Assembly (NCBI RefSeq): GCF_006345805.1
Contig: NW_021835175.1
Coordinates: 1-42,087, forward strand
Length of the DNA: 42,087 nucleotides
Direction: 5' to 3'
DNA from: Octopus sinensis
Taxonomy: Eukaryota
Positions 1-10,399 of the stretch are shown piece by piece. Position 1 is the first letter of the stretch; each line of letters starts with the position of its first letter. The notes under the pieces are model-generated. The model worked only from the letters and a program-made list of their open reading frames with translations, was not told the origin of the DNA and did no database searches. The translations under genes were made by a program, and so were the position numbers.

Positions 1-95
1 CCTCACAGCACAGCGAACCGCCCGGTCGAACCCATAACCTAGCGATCGTCACGATCGTGATTGCAACCACCCTACCACTCACGACACACGCTTTC
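1..95 (-). mobile_element. tRNA-derived SINE head, cut by window start
   Basis: Reverse complement shows box A-like TGTCGTGAGTGG and box B-like GGTTCGACC; no complete cloverleaf. Confidence 0.5.
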
Positions 96-102
96 AAGTA
101 TT

Positions 103-141
<39 letters not shown>

Positions 142-179
142 ATATATAATATATAATATATATATATATATATATATTA

Positions 180-563
180 CGAGCAAAACGCCCCCCGTCC
201 AATGGCAGTGCTGAGTTGTCAAACATTTAAATTAAACCAAATTTTCTCAAAACAACTTGTCCGACCGTCCCATTTTGTAGCTTATTTCAAGCCAGTCGGT
301 TGTTTTTTGCGCAAACTGCACGTGCATTTTTCTCGCGTACGTGTAGTATCGATCGCAACAGCTGATGTACATGCGCGTACAAATGCACGTTTCCACGGCT
401 TTATCGATCGCATTCTCTCCTGGAATCGATTTTTGCAATTTTTTCAAGACTTATATACGCCCTGATACCAACGGTATCTACTATCAAATTTCAGCGCAAT
501 CGGATGGAGGATGCCCGAGATCCTAAAAGACACACACAGACAGAACGGATTTTATTAAATAGA
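180..563 (-). mobile_element. Non-autonomous Helitron-like element
   Basis: Minus strand begins A|TCTATTTAATAAAATCCG..TCTGTCTGTGTGTG and ends TTTTGCTCG|T (CTAG variant); 5' end resembles the element at 34036. Confidence 0.6.
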
Positions 564-584
564 TATGTATATCTATATATATAT

Positions 585-738
585 GGAACGGAAGCTTATG
601 AAAATAGACAAAAGACGAAGGCAGGTGGGAAACAAACAACAATTGTATTGTATGGCGCTCAGGAAATATAAATAAAACAAGGTCTTTAACCGTTTCGAGC
701 CTACGCTCTTCAACAGAAAGATACACAAGAGAAAAAAA

Positions 739-745
<7 letters not shown>
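585..745 (-). mobile_element. Short Penelope-like-derived repeat, family H1, with hammerhead-like motif at 683-722
   Basis: Homologous to 8420-8620, 12122-12298, 30492-30699, 39086-39277 and 39835-39996. Minus strand reads TCTTT-CTGTTGA-A-GAGC-GTAG-GCTC-GAAAC-GGTT-AAAGA. Confidence 0.65.
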
Positions 746-790
<45 letters not shown>

Positions 791-807
791 CAACTCTATG
801 AATTTAA

Positions 808-1008
808 CTCTTTTGTCATTTGACTGCGGCCACAAAAGAACAGCGCTTCAAAAGGTTTAGTCAAAACAAATCGAACCCAGTATTTATTTTCCTATGTCTG
901 CCCCTTACCCTCTCGGCTTCTCATGCTGATCTGCTCAGTTACCAAGACGTAAAAAAATAGCACTTGTAAAACGATGGTGGATGGTCATACACGAAGATAC
1001 ATACAAAC

Positions 1009-1048
<40 letters not shown>

Positions 1049-1170
1049 ATGCCAAATTCATTTACAAAACATTATTCAGCCCAAAGTACCAGGTAGTGGG
1101 ATCGAACTTGAAAGCAAGTGCTTATCAAGAGATCTTCTTAACCATGCAGCCGTGTCTGCGCCTATGAAAA
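808..1170 (-). mobile_element. Decayed SINE family B (CORE-like), split by a (TG)n tract
   Basis: 3' tail GTGGCCGCAGTCAAATGAC at about 815-835 and tRNA-like head at about 1080-1165 match other family B copies. Confidence 0.5.
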
Positions 1171-2330
1171 TTACGTCACGTACATTTGCAGTAGAACTTA
1201 TAAATATAGATCAGGTGTTTGGATTTAAATTTAAAATTTTATGATTCAGCAATAGAGACTAGAATGACATTGAAGGGTCATAGTAATAGGTGAGGAAGAA
1301 CCAGTGATGAAGGAAGACCTTTCATTCGGATCAACAAATAGTGACGGTAAATGAAGAAGGAAGAAAAAACGGCAAATTATGACGGGAAAACAAAAGTATA
1401 TTACTTTATATTACTTAATATATTCGCTAATAAAAGAAGCATAAAAGGAACAGATACATATATAAAAGAATAAATATAAAAACGAAAAGGTGTTCACATG
1501 CATAGATAATATAAATAGCTCTATTGTTAGTTTTAAATCTAACAAACACTTCACAAAGTTTCAGAGATCGAAAAGAGTTTCAGAAAACAGACTTGATTTG
1601 TGTGCTAGTGTGCTTTTCTCGCTAACAGACAACGACCATCCAATCGTATTTAAATGTTAGCACTAATCCGAACTTGCAACATTATATCGAACAAAATGTC
1701 AACAATAGACAAAAGCCTGTTGCCCTTATATGCACGTCTGCAAGAAAATGGTTGACTTTAGTTCTTTAGCTTTGAAAAACGTCCTAATTACGTGTCGTGA
1801 AATTCAGATGAAGTTTTAATCCTTCCTGTCAACTAGGTTCTAGTTTCTTTTGTCAACAAAGATATTGCTATTATTTCCCTAACACGGTTTCATATTGCTG
1901 CCGCCTACCCAAATCTCGACTTATGGCAATAGCTTAAGACCTTAAAATTCGAATCGGAAAAGGGAAAAACCTTACTGACACAGACGTGCTAATTTGAATG
2001 TCAACTGCAGGATCTTCTCGTAAACGTATTGCATTTTATATTGAACATTAGACGACACATCTCAAGTCAGGCGCCAACGTCCAGTGACATAAACATTAGC
2101 AAACCAATATATTAGTTTACGTCAGTTTATCTTCTCTCAATGCAATTTATTGTTTCGCTTTGTTTTATATTTTCAAATCTACAACTCTTCCAGTTCCTAT
2201 TTTCCTTTTTGTTTTGTTTATATAATATTTATTATTGCTACATTGAGTTTCACCACCAGTTCTGAAGATTTTGTTTTATGCAATAAGCAGTGTGTGTGTA
2301 AACACATGCATATATATATATATATACAAT

Positions 2331-2493
2331 ATTAGGAAAAAAACCCACCTTTTATCAATTCAAAATGAATAATTAAATTACACCATCTAGAAAATTACAT
2401 AAATAGAAAAGTTAAAATTTAAATAATTTGATTTAGTATTGCTAAATTGAATTCTTTTTCCTTGTAAGTTTGGATTTTATTCCCTCAAATAAT
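2331..2493. mobile_element. AT-rich repeat, single-arm relative of the 21296-21720 foldback
   Basis: Shares AAAAAAACCCACCTTTTATCAATTCAAAATGAA and CCTTGTAAGTTTGGATTTTATTCCCTCAAATAAT with the 21.3-21.7 kb element; flanked by (TA)n. Confidence 0.7.
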
Positions 2494-2593
2494 ATATATA
2501 TATACATATGCATGTATATATACATACATACATGTATACATGTATGTTTACATGTATGTATATAAATAAATATATATATATCATATATATATA

Positions 2594-2667
<74 letters not shown>

Positions 2668-2730
2668 GAGCATTCTGCATTTTTACAATTTTTCCTTGCG
2701 ATACTATAATTTATATATTACACACATATA

Positions 2731-2764
<34 letters not shown>

Positions 2765-2786
2765 TCATATATATATGTATATATAA

Positions 2787-2821
<35 letters not shown>

Positions 2822-2880
2822 TGTATGTATTATTAATGTATGTATGATGTGTATGTATGTATGTTGTATGTATGTATATA
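2494..2880. repeat. Compound (TA)n/(TATG)n microsatellite
   Basis: Directly visible. Confidence 0.95.
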
Positions 2881-2885
2881 TCAGA

Positions 2886-3360
2886 CAGGGTATCCCAAAG
2901 TTTGACATCATTTGAAATGTTAATATCTGAATAACTACATGTCGTAGACAAATGAAATTGAATAGGCTTCATATTGAACAATAAAAGATTTATCTATCAA
3001 AATTCGAACAAAAGATTCAGAGGGGTGAAGATTTTAAAACTGAGTTCACTAAGCTTCACGGATGTTCAATATGAGCTCCAACTGTGACATGACACACGTC
3101 AAGTCGGTAGTCCAGCTTCTGCTAAACACGCTGTAGCATATCTTGCATAACATTCTCCAGCACCTCAACGATACCCTGCTTGAGTTCCTCTAGGCTTGTA
3201 GGAAGAGGTCAGATATAGACCAGTCCTTTCACATACCCCCAAAGAAAAAAAATCACAAGGTGCCAAGTCAGGTGAACGTGGTGACCATTTCAACAGAACA
3301 TTATCATGTGAATTCGTCAGAACAGAATGGAGTAAGTGTAGCAAGAACACACACGGAAAC
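2886..3360 (-). mobile_element. Tc1/mariner-superfamily relic: transposase C-terminus plus right terminus
   Basis: Minus-strand peptide KWSPRSPDLAPCDFF/WGYVKGLVY..LPTSLEELKQGI..DMLQRV*QKLDYRLDVCHVTVGAHIEH; terminus CAGGGTATCCCAAAG at 2886; frameshifted. Confidence 0.85.
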
Positions 3361-3361
3361 A

Positions 3362-3600
3362 AAAAGTTCTGCGTAAGAGGTCTCAGATGTGTAACGAAAG
3401 ATTTCCGGACCATGGACAGGCGTTAAAATAAAAAAAAAATAATAGCAGTAATAAACGAGTGAAGACAAAAAAATAATGTGCGTGTGTTTATTTGGTAAAA
3501 AGAAAAAAATCATAAATAAAATGTCCATCCCGAAATACAACAGTATCTGTTTCAACACACGATTTCACATCAGGAATCTTACAAAACAAAGTGATAAACG
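3362..3600 (+). mobile_element. Short repeat family H2 with degenerate hammerhead-like motif
   Basis: Reverse-complement homolog of 9405-9600; motif ..AAGA-G-GTCTC-AGATGT-GTAAC-GAAA-GATTTC at about 3368-3410. Confidence 0.5.
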
Positions 3601-3613
3601 TATCTATCTATCC

Positions 3614-3650
<37 letters not shown>

Positions 3651-3651
3651 A

Positions 3652-3717
<66 letters not shown>

Positions 3718-3796
3718 GTCGATCTATCTATCTATCTATATATCTTATCAATTATCTATCTATCTATCTATCTATCATCTATCTATATACATATAT

Positions 3797-3827
<31 letters not shown>

Positions 3828-3835
3828 GATATATA
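3601..3835. repeat. (TATC)n plus (TA)n microsatellite
   Basis: Directly visible. Confidence 0.95.
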
Positions 3836-3839
3836 ACAT

Positions 3840-3910
3840 ATCAAATAAAATCAAAACAGAACACAAAGGATATCGCGGGCACATGTGTTTCAAGCTTATA
3901 AACAACCCGT
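3840..3910 (-). mobile_element. Short repeat family H4 fragment
   Basis: Reverse-complement homolog of 12005-12085. Confidence 0.55.
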
Positions 3911-4133
3911 GTATAATTGATATAAAAGATGGTTTAAAGCTCCCTTTAGCCGCAAACATTGTTATTCCAAAGAGTTACATCACACTATAAAAAATATGAA
4001 AAGTACATGTAGTATTACCTATTATAATAGGTATATCATATCTCCCTGAGAAAGTGTATTTGTAAAATTTCATAACTGTATAGTAGTATAACGATTCATT
4101 GGATTTCGAAAATCTGCCCATACTGTATCACCA

Positions 4134-4202
<69 letters not shown>

Positions 4203-4204
<2 letters not shown>

Positions 4205-4552
4205 TAAAAGATCGTGGGTAAGGCCAAAACAATGCGAAGTAAATGCAAGTTAAATCACAAGAAAACAAATGTATGAATTAATATAGACTTACCTTGTATT
4301 CAATACTTAGGGGTTACGGCCCCATTTTCAAGAAATTGACGAATGTTGCCGAATGTTGCTGAATGATGATGAATGTTGCTCACACGCACGCACATCGGCA
4401 ACATTCGTCAATTTCTTGAAAATGGAGTCATAATCCCCGAAATATTGAATATAAGTAAGTCTACTTAATTCACATTTTTATTTTCTTGTGATTATCTTGT
4501 GATTTCACTTCGTTCATTTACTGTATTGTTTGCCTTACCCCGATCTTTTATA
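4203..4552. mobile_element. Foldback element of about 350 bp with about 150-bp inverted arms
   Basis: TATAAAAGATCGTGGGTAAGG pairs with CCTTACCCCGATCTTTTATA; inner arms AAGAAATTGACGAATGTTGCCGA / TCGGCAACATTCGTCAATTTCTT. Confidence 0.85.
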
Positions 4553-4641
4553 CAATATATTCTACACAATGCTTCATTGTATTATTCCATTATATCATGG
4601 TATATAGTGGATAGTAGTATATAGTGGTCTAGGCGGTATAT

Positions 4642-4944
4642 ATGGAGGCGCATGGCCCATGGTTGGGGCACGGATTAGCGGTCAGAGGATCGCGGTTTCG
4701 ATTCCCAGACCGGGTGTTGTGTGTGTTTATTGAGCGAAAACACATAAAGCTCCACGAGGCTCCGGCATGGGGTGGTGGCGACCCCTATTGTACTCTTTCA
4801 CTCCAACTTTCTGTCACTCTCTCTTCCTGTTTCTTGAATAACGCTGCGATGGACTGGGGGAAACAGATACGCCACAGGAACCGGGAGACCGTGCATATGA
4901 GCCTAGCTAGGCTTGAAAAAGGGTGCATAAAATAATGAATAAAT
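4642..4944 (+). mobile_element. tRNA-derived SINE family C
   Basis: Box A TGGCCCATGG, box B GGTTTCGATTCC; 10-bp TSD GGCGGTATAT at 4632-4641 and 4945-4954. Confidence 0.9.
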
Positions 4945-4980
4945 GGCGGTATATGTGCATGTAAATATGTATGTATACAT

Positions 4981-5330
4981 ATGAGGATAGGCGGAAAGGT
5001 TCCTTGGCTGACAATGATGGAATGCTTGCATTAATTTCAACTCTTCTTAGGATTAACTGCATAGTTTCTTTTCAGGTAAAGTTACATCTGATTGTTCAAA
5101 GATGATTTCAAAAGTAACTAGTAGCGACCTCTTTTGAAAATGGACAAAATTTGACATTGTGGTGTTATGACGTACCTGCAGAAAAAAGGGATTATTCCCA
5201 AGGACATTCATACTGAAAAGGTTGCTACATTATGCGTGACGCTCCAGCATTATCGACAGTACGAAAGTGGGCAATTGAATGTGGGAGATGAACGGAAAGT
5301 TTTGAAGATGATCAAGATCTGGACGTCCTC
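4981..5330 (+). mobile_element. mariner relic: left terminus plus transposase N-terminus
   Basis: Peptide MDKI*HCGVMTYLQKKGIIPKDIHTEKVATL/DAPALSTVRKWAIE..ESFEDD/RSGRP (HTH region); TIR-like GAGG..GAAAGGTTCCTTGGCT. Confidence 0.8.
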
Positions 5331-5361
5331 ATGTATATGCACACACACACACACATACACA

Positions 5362-5400
<39 letters not shown>

Positions 5401-5419
5401 CACACATACACACACACAC

Positions 5420-6030
5420 ACATATCCTTAGAACTTTCAGAACGAGTGAACAAGAATCCATGTGGTCCTCTAGACGACGTTTTTCCTCAGCCGTTTAGGT
5501 TACTGCTCCCAGCTATGATTCTATGGTTACCACACAGTGTAAAATTAACGGAATAACTCGAAGCAATTCAGTGAAGCTAACCAATGATCGTATCGATGCA
5601 ACATGTCAGCTGCTGAAAAAGGCTGAGAGGCTAAAATTAAGAGTCTACTCCCTAAAACGAAGGTGAAATCTTACGGGTCGCCACTGCATAGCGTAAAAAA
5701 TCCCAACGTTGCCATCAGGATACAGGACCAGATACTGCAACAACTTGGCTTTCAAAGACCCATAGCGCATCAATATCTCCGCTAAAATTCTCAGAGATCT
5801 ACATGGGGCGCATATAGGTATCTTCAAAACAAAACTGGATCTCCTCATGTCAAGAGTTCCAGATGAAATTTTAATCTTTCCTATCGGCAAGAAACGTAGA
5901 TAAACGTAGCAACAGCAAACTCTCTCATTCATTACATGCCATGTATCAAAGGAGGTTTCAAGTAGTGAAAGTGTACCAAAACTAACTGTGGTGCCCCAGC
6001 ATGACCGCAACTTGCATGTTGAAGCTAGTA
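5420..6030 (+). mobile_element. CR1-group LINE 3' fragment, decayed and internally deleted
   Basis: Aligns to 23385-24055 (GAACTTTCAGAAC, CTCAGCCG..TACTGCTCCC, ATACAGGACCAGATACTGCAAC, AAAACTGGATCTC, GGTGCCCCAG); many stops. Confidence 0.85.
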
Positions 6031-6451
6031 ATATATATATATAATATATATTATATATTATATATATATATATTATATATATATATATATATTAGTAATA
6101 ACAACAACTTTGGATGGAAATTCGTAAATCCTTTAATTTTACAAATCATATTTGTATTATCCTATGGATGGGAGATGCAACACCTAAAACATAGAGTTTG
6201 TAGAAACGTACGTATCAATGCATTAAAGCATTTACAAATTTCCATCTATAGTTCTTGCTATTTGTTACATTCATTCTATACCATAGCGGCGGCACGAGAG
6301 CCTTCCCATGTAGTTACTCTCGAAGATGGGAAAAATTTGCACTGGCCGGAATAAACTACATAGTATCTGTTATAAGAGCGCTCAAAACCATTTCACGTGA
6401 ACGGACTTAAAAACATCCCACATAAACGGACATAAACGAACTTAAAGGATG

Positions 6452-6454
<3 letters not shown>

Positions 6455-6491
<37 letters not shown>

Positions 6492-6521
6492 ATATAGTAT
6501 ATATATATAGATATATAGATA

Positions 6522-6588
<67 letters not shown>

Positions 6589-6999
6589 CAGACCCACACA
6601 CAAGGGTTTGATGAGTTTGGCTATTCATATCTTTAATGGATATGACTATCCCTAATTATGAAAGGTTTCTTGTTCTCTAATGCCTTTCATCATCATTTGA
6701 TCCCACTCTTTCCCTATATTCTGTTTCCGCCATGCGCATGTTTATATACGCACATCTACACAAGCCAACACATAAACTGACATACGCACATACGCAGGCG
6801 TAGTCTTGAAGTTGATATACACTTGTATGAATGTGTGTGTATGATTGTGTACGCGTATATGTGTGTGTGTGTGTGTGTGTGTGTTTGCATGTTTATATTC
6901 AAACATAAGAATATATAAACACATACGTGTACAACAAACATGTACACACATATACATATGCACATATATATGAACCACTTCGTATGTACACCAAGATGC

Positions 7000-7032
<33 letters not shown>

Positions 7033-7077
7033 GTGTGTGTGTGTGTGTGTGTGTGTACATATATATATATTGATAGT

Positions 7078-7134
<57 letters not shown>

Positions 7135-7345
7135 TTATGTAGACATGCTCTTTTAAGTAGATTATGTATAAATATATCAACATATGTGTATATATATATA
7201 TATATATATTATACACAAATGTATATATGTAAGTATGTATATGTATTCTTTTGCGTTTGACTGTATGTATGTACGTATGTGTGATAGTATGTGTTTATGT
7301 ATGCCTGTATATGTATATATATATGTGTATGTATGTATGTACATA
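6455..7345. repeat. Cluster of (TA)n, (GATA)n, (TG)n and (TATG)n microsatellites
   Basis: Directly visible, with short unique spacers. Confidence 0.9.
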
Positions 7346-7822
7346 TGTATGCATAATTTGTGTGTTGCGCGACTGCTACCAGTTATTAAGTGTGAACAGT
7401 AACAAAAGTTGACGGCCGTGAAACAAGAAGAGTTCAAGTGTAATAATATTGTGTAGAATTAGCATAACATTATAAATTTCAATAATTTGGTCCAGCTGAT
7501 AAGCGTCTTGGTAGAAATTGCGAAATATATGTCCAATGGGGACAAATAACAAGAAGAGAAATAGACGCAACCTGTTACTGCCAACTCTAGAGTTAGACAG
7601 CTTCGGGCACTTAGATCATATAACTTCGTCTAAGTTATATATGTGTTTGTGTGTGTGCGAGTGTGTATATGTGAACTTATGTAGATTTGTGTATTTCAGA
7701 AATGTATACCTCCTGTATACTTAGTTGACACATCCAATTATTCTAGCTTGTAACAACATTCTGATTACTTACGCGTATAGGTATCTAAAACAAAAAAGGA
7801 CACGTACACAAACACACACACA

Positions 7823-7864
<42 letters not shown>

Positions 7865-7888
7865 ACACACACACACACACACATTAAA

Positions 7889-8106
7889 TTCAGGGGCTAC
7901 TGAAAAGTCCTTGGCTTTAGGTAAAAGAAAATACAGGAGGATTTAGTTAATTACGATTTTATTCAACATATTCCCTCACAGATTCACACACTTACTGCAG
8001 CGGTCCTTCAGTTTTTCTAAGCCTTGTAAAAGAACTCGGAACGTTGGGCCCTCAATCAAGCCTTTCACGATAACTTTAAAACCAGGTTCTTTTAGGCTAC
8101 CCCCCT

Positions 8107-8108
<2 letters not shown>
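7889..8108 (-). mobile_element. mariner-derived MITE (internally deleted)
   Basis: Imperfect TIRs CAGGGGCTACTGAAAAGTCC / GGTTCTTTTAGGCTACCCCCCTC; minus strand keeps the transposase end SEFFYKGLEKLKDRCSKCVNL*GEYVE. Confidence 0.8.
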
Positions 8109-8155
<47 letters not shown>

Positions 8156-8176
8156 GTTATTTCAACTGTGAGTAAG

Positions 8177-8244
<68 letters not shown>

Positions 8245-8284
8245 TATGCATATATATATGTACGTATGTATATATATGTGCGTG

Positions 8285-8410
8285 TTCTATGTGTCTGTGT
8301 CTGTCCCACCCATATCCACTTGATAACCGGTGTTGGTGTGTTTACGTCCCTGAACTTAACAGTTCGGCTTATGAGTTTGATAGAATAGCTTCAGTCAAAA
8401 TGACTTAAAC
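8285..8410 (+). mobile_element. SINE family B 3' half, decayed
   Basis: ACTTGATAACCGGTGTTGGTGTGTTTACGTCCC matches 40140-40340. Confidence 0.65.
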
Positions 8411-8419
8411 AAGTAGTTG

Positions 8420-8620
8420 ATTCGCAAGCCTCTGCACGCATTTTTTTTCTCTCCTTGTTTCTTTCTGTGTTTCTTTTCTGTGTATCTTTCTGTTGAAGAG
8501 CGTAGGCTTGAAACGTAAAAGACTTGTTTTATTTATATTCCTGAGCGCCATACTAATACAATTGTTTGTTTGTATTCCACCTGCCTTCGTCTTTTGTTTA
8601 TTTTCATAAAGCTTCCCGTT
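8420..8620 (+). mobile_element. Family H1 repeat with hammerhead-like motif at 8485-8522
   Basis: TCTTT-CTGTTGA-A-GAGC-GTAG-GCTT-GAAAC-GTA-AAAGA; 3' end abuts (TA)n. Confidence 0.7.
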
Positions 8621-8751
8621 ATATATATACATATATTATTTTATAAACGTAAAGCTTATAGCGATCAACGCGCAATGACTAAAGAAAATAGTCTAGTAAT
8701 GGGACATATAAGACATCACACACTCCCGCTCGACAGAAAAAAAAAGTTTTC

Positions 8752-8822
8752 CGTACGCGTGGGGCTCAAACCCATACCTCTTCGTTTAAGCGACCAAGTG
8801 TACTACCAACTGCACTAGCGAA
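8752..8822 (-). other. tRNA-like sequence (Lys-CTT-like), probably a SINE head or pseudogene
   Basis: Minus strand: TAGTGCAGTTGG (box A), anticodon arm CTTGGT-CGCTTAA-ACGAAG, GGTTTGAGCCC (box B); U33 is replaced by G and the stems are imperfect. Confidence 0.45.
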
Positions 8823-8896
8823 CCTATCTGCTTTATTTTTCTATCAGATTTAAGAACTATATGCCCATGGCCATATCAGATTTAAGAAACATATGC

Positions 8897-8975
8897 CCGT
8901 GGGTTTATGGCGTAGTGGTTAAGAGCGCGGGCTACTAACCCCAAGATTTCGGGTTCGATTCCGAGCAGTGACCTG
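8897..8975 (+). other. tRNA-like sequence (Ser-like loop CTACTAA), probably a repeat head
   Basis: TGGCGTAGTGGTTAAG box A, GGG-CTACTAA-CCC arm, GGTTCGATTCC box B; acceptor stem is poor. Confidence 0.55.
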
Positions 8976-9061
8976 CATAATAATATGATAATAATAATAA
9001 CATTATAAAATAACTTAGGAATGAGAACCCAGGTTCTAAATTTCCCCAAGACACCTGATGA

Positions 9062-9195
9062 AGGCAGCAAGATGGCAGAATCGTTAGCACGCCAGGAAAA
9101 TGCTTAGTGGCATTTTGTCCGTCTGAACGTTCTGCGTTCAAATTCTGCCGAGAACGACTTTACCTTTCATTGTTTCAAGGTCGATAAACACCTAA
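9062..9195 (+). mobile_element. SINE family A 5' part, old copy
   Basis: TGGCAGAATCGTTAGCACGCC..GTTCAAATTCTGCCGAG..GGTCGATAAA. Confidence 0.8.
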
Positions 9196-9390
9196 AGCTC
9201 CACTAGGATCCGGCAGGGGGTGGTGGCGATCCCTGCTCTACTCTTTCGCTGCAACTTTCTCTCACTCTTTCTTCTGTTGGCCTGCTCGCTTAGCCAGCGG
9301 GGTGGCGTCATTTGAAAGGTAAAACAATGCAAAGCGCATAGTGACCGGCGAAGTGTAGCAAAATCTGATAGCCTAGTCGGTCACGGGATC
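9190..9390 (+). mobile_element. SINE family C body and 3' tail, headless
   Basis: CACCTAAAGCTCCAC..CCGGCAGGGGGTGGTGGCGATCCCTGCT matches the 4740 and 40625 copies. Confidence 0.8.
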
Positions 9391-9404
9391 ACGTGATATA
9401 TATA

Positions 9405-9600
9405 TATATATTTATATTGTTGTATTTCGGAATGAGCATTTTGCCAGTTTAGCCAATAGAGACACACGCACTATATATTTGGTGTTACTTTGCTTCAGTG
9501 TTATTTATTTCAGCCAGAGTTCTTTCATCGCACTCCTGTGACCGCATCAGTGGTCCTTTGCTTTCTTCTTTCTTATTTGTGTGTCTCTCCTTACTAACCG
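9405..9600 (-). mobile_element. Family H2 repeat with hammerhead-like motif at 9514-9553
   Basis: Minus strand CCA-CTGATGC-G-GTCAC-AGGA-GTGCGAT-GAAA-G-AA-CTC-TGG. Confidence 0.5.
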
Positions 9601-9696
9601 TCAGCCATTTTGTATTTCTATTGTCTGTGTCTTCATTTGCGCATACGTATATCTATATGTACGTCTATGTTTAGTTAGTGTGTGTGTTGTATTTAA

Positions 9697-9736
<40 letters not shown>

Positions 9737-10399
9737 TATATATAATATATTATATATTATATATTAATATATACATATGCGGGCTCTTTTCTTTCTCCGT
9801 CTACCAAATCCACTCACCAGGTCTCAGTCCTTCCAGTCGTGACCATCCTGTCTTTTTTTGTATGTCACAGACTGCATGGAACAACGTCAGCTTACTTTTT
9901 GTTTGTGATTTTTTCCATTAAAGATTGTTGGATATCGTTTGAGAATTTTTCGCTGTTTCTACCTGATCGGTTAACGATATCGAAACTCCTTTCTTTGAGA
10001 CATTGATAATGGTGATGTTAGTGACAAATGTGCTCTCAAGTGGTTGTTGTTTAGTCATAGTAGTTCTTGACACTATCATCGTCGTCGTCATCGTCGTTGT
10101 AGGATCCTTTTTGAGCAAAGGGTGACGATGAGAGGTGATAACAGACAACCAGAGTAATTGTTTTCATCGTCTACAAAACACTACTCACCAAACATAACCC
10201 CCCCACACACACACATACTTATACACACACAAATACATGCTCCCACCCTCACTCATACCTGCACTCGTAACCTTGCAACCCGCACTTCTTAATAGGTCTT
10301 CACCTCGCAAGCATCTAGCCCTTTTCATTTACTCTTAAAGCTCCTACGTCACAAACGTTCATCAGATAAAAAGTCAGGCCCCTTTCCATGTATCAATAG

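Noticed and set aside
1730-1860. Possible MITE (GTTGAC..GTCAAC inverted motifs)
   Set aside because: The inverted matches are too short and no TSD could be defined.
2508-2786. YI-, YLSI-, CV- and HT-repeat ORFs here and throughout the track
   Set aside because: They are translations of (TA)n, (TATC)n, (TG)n and (CA)n microsatellites, which lack stop codons by construction.
8752-8975. Functional tRNA genes
   Set aside because: Acceptor and T stems are imperfect, invariant positions are altered and there is no clean oligo-T terminator; treated as tRNA-derived repeat heads.
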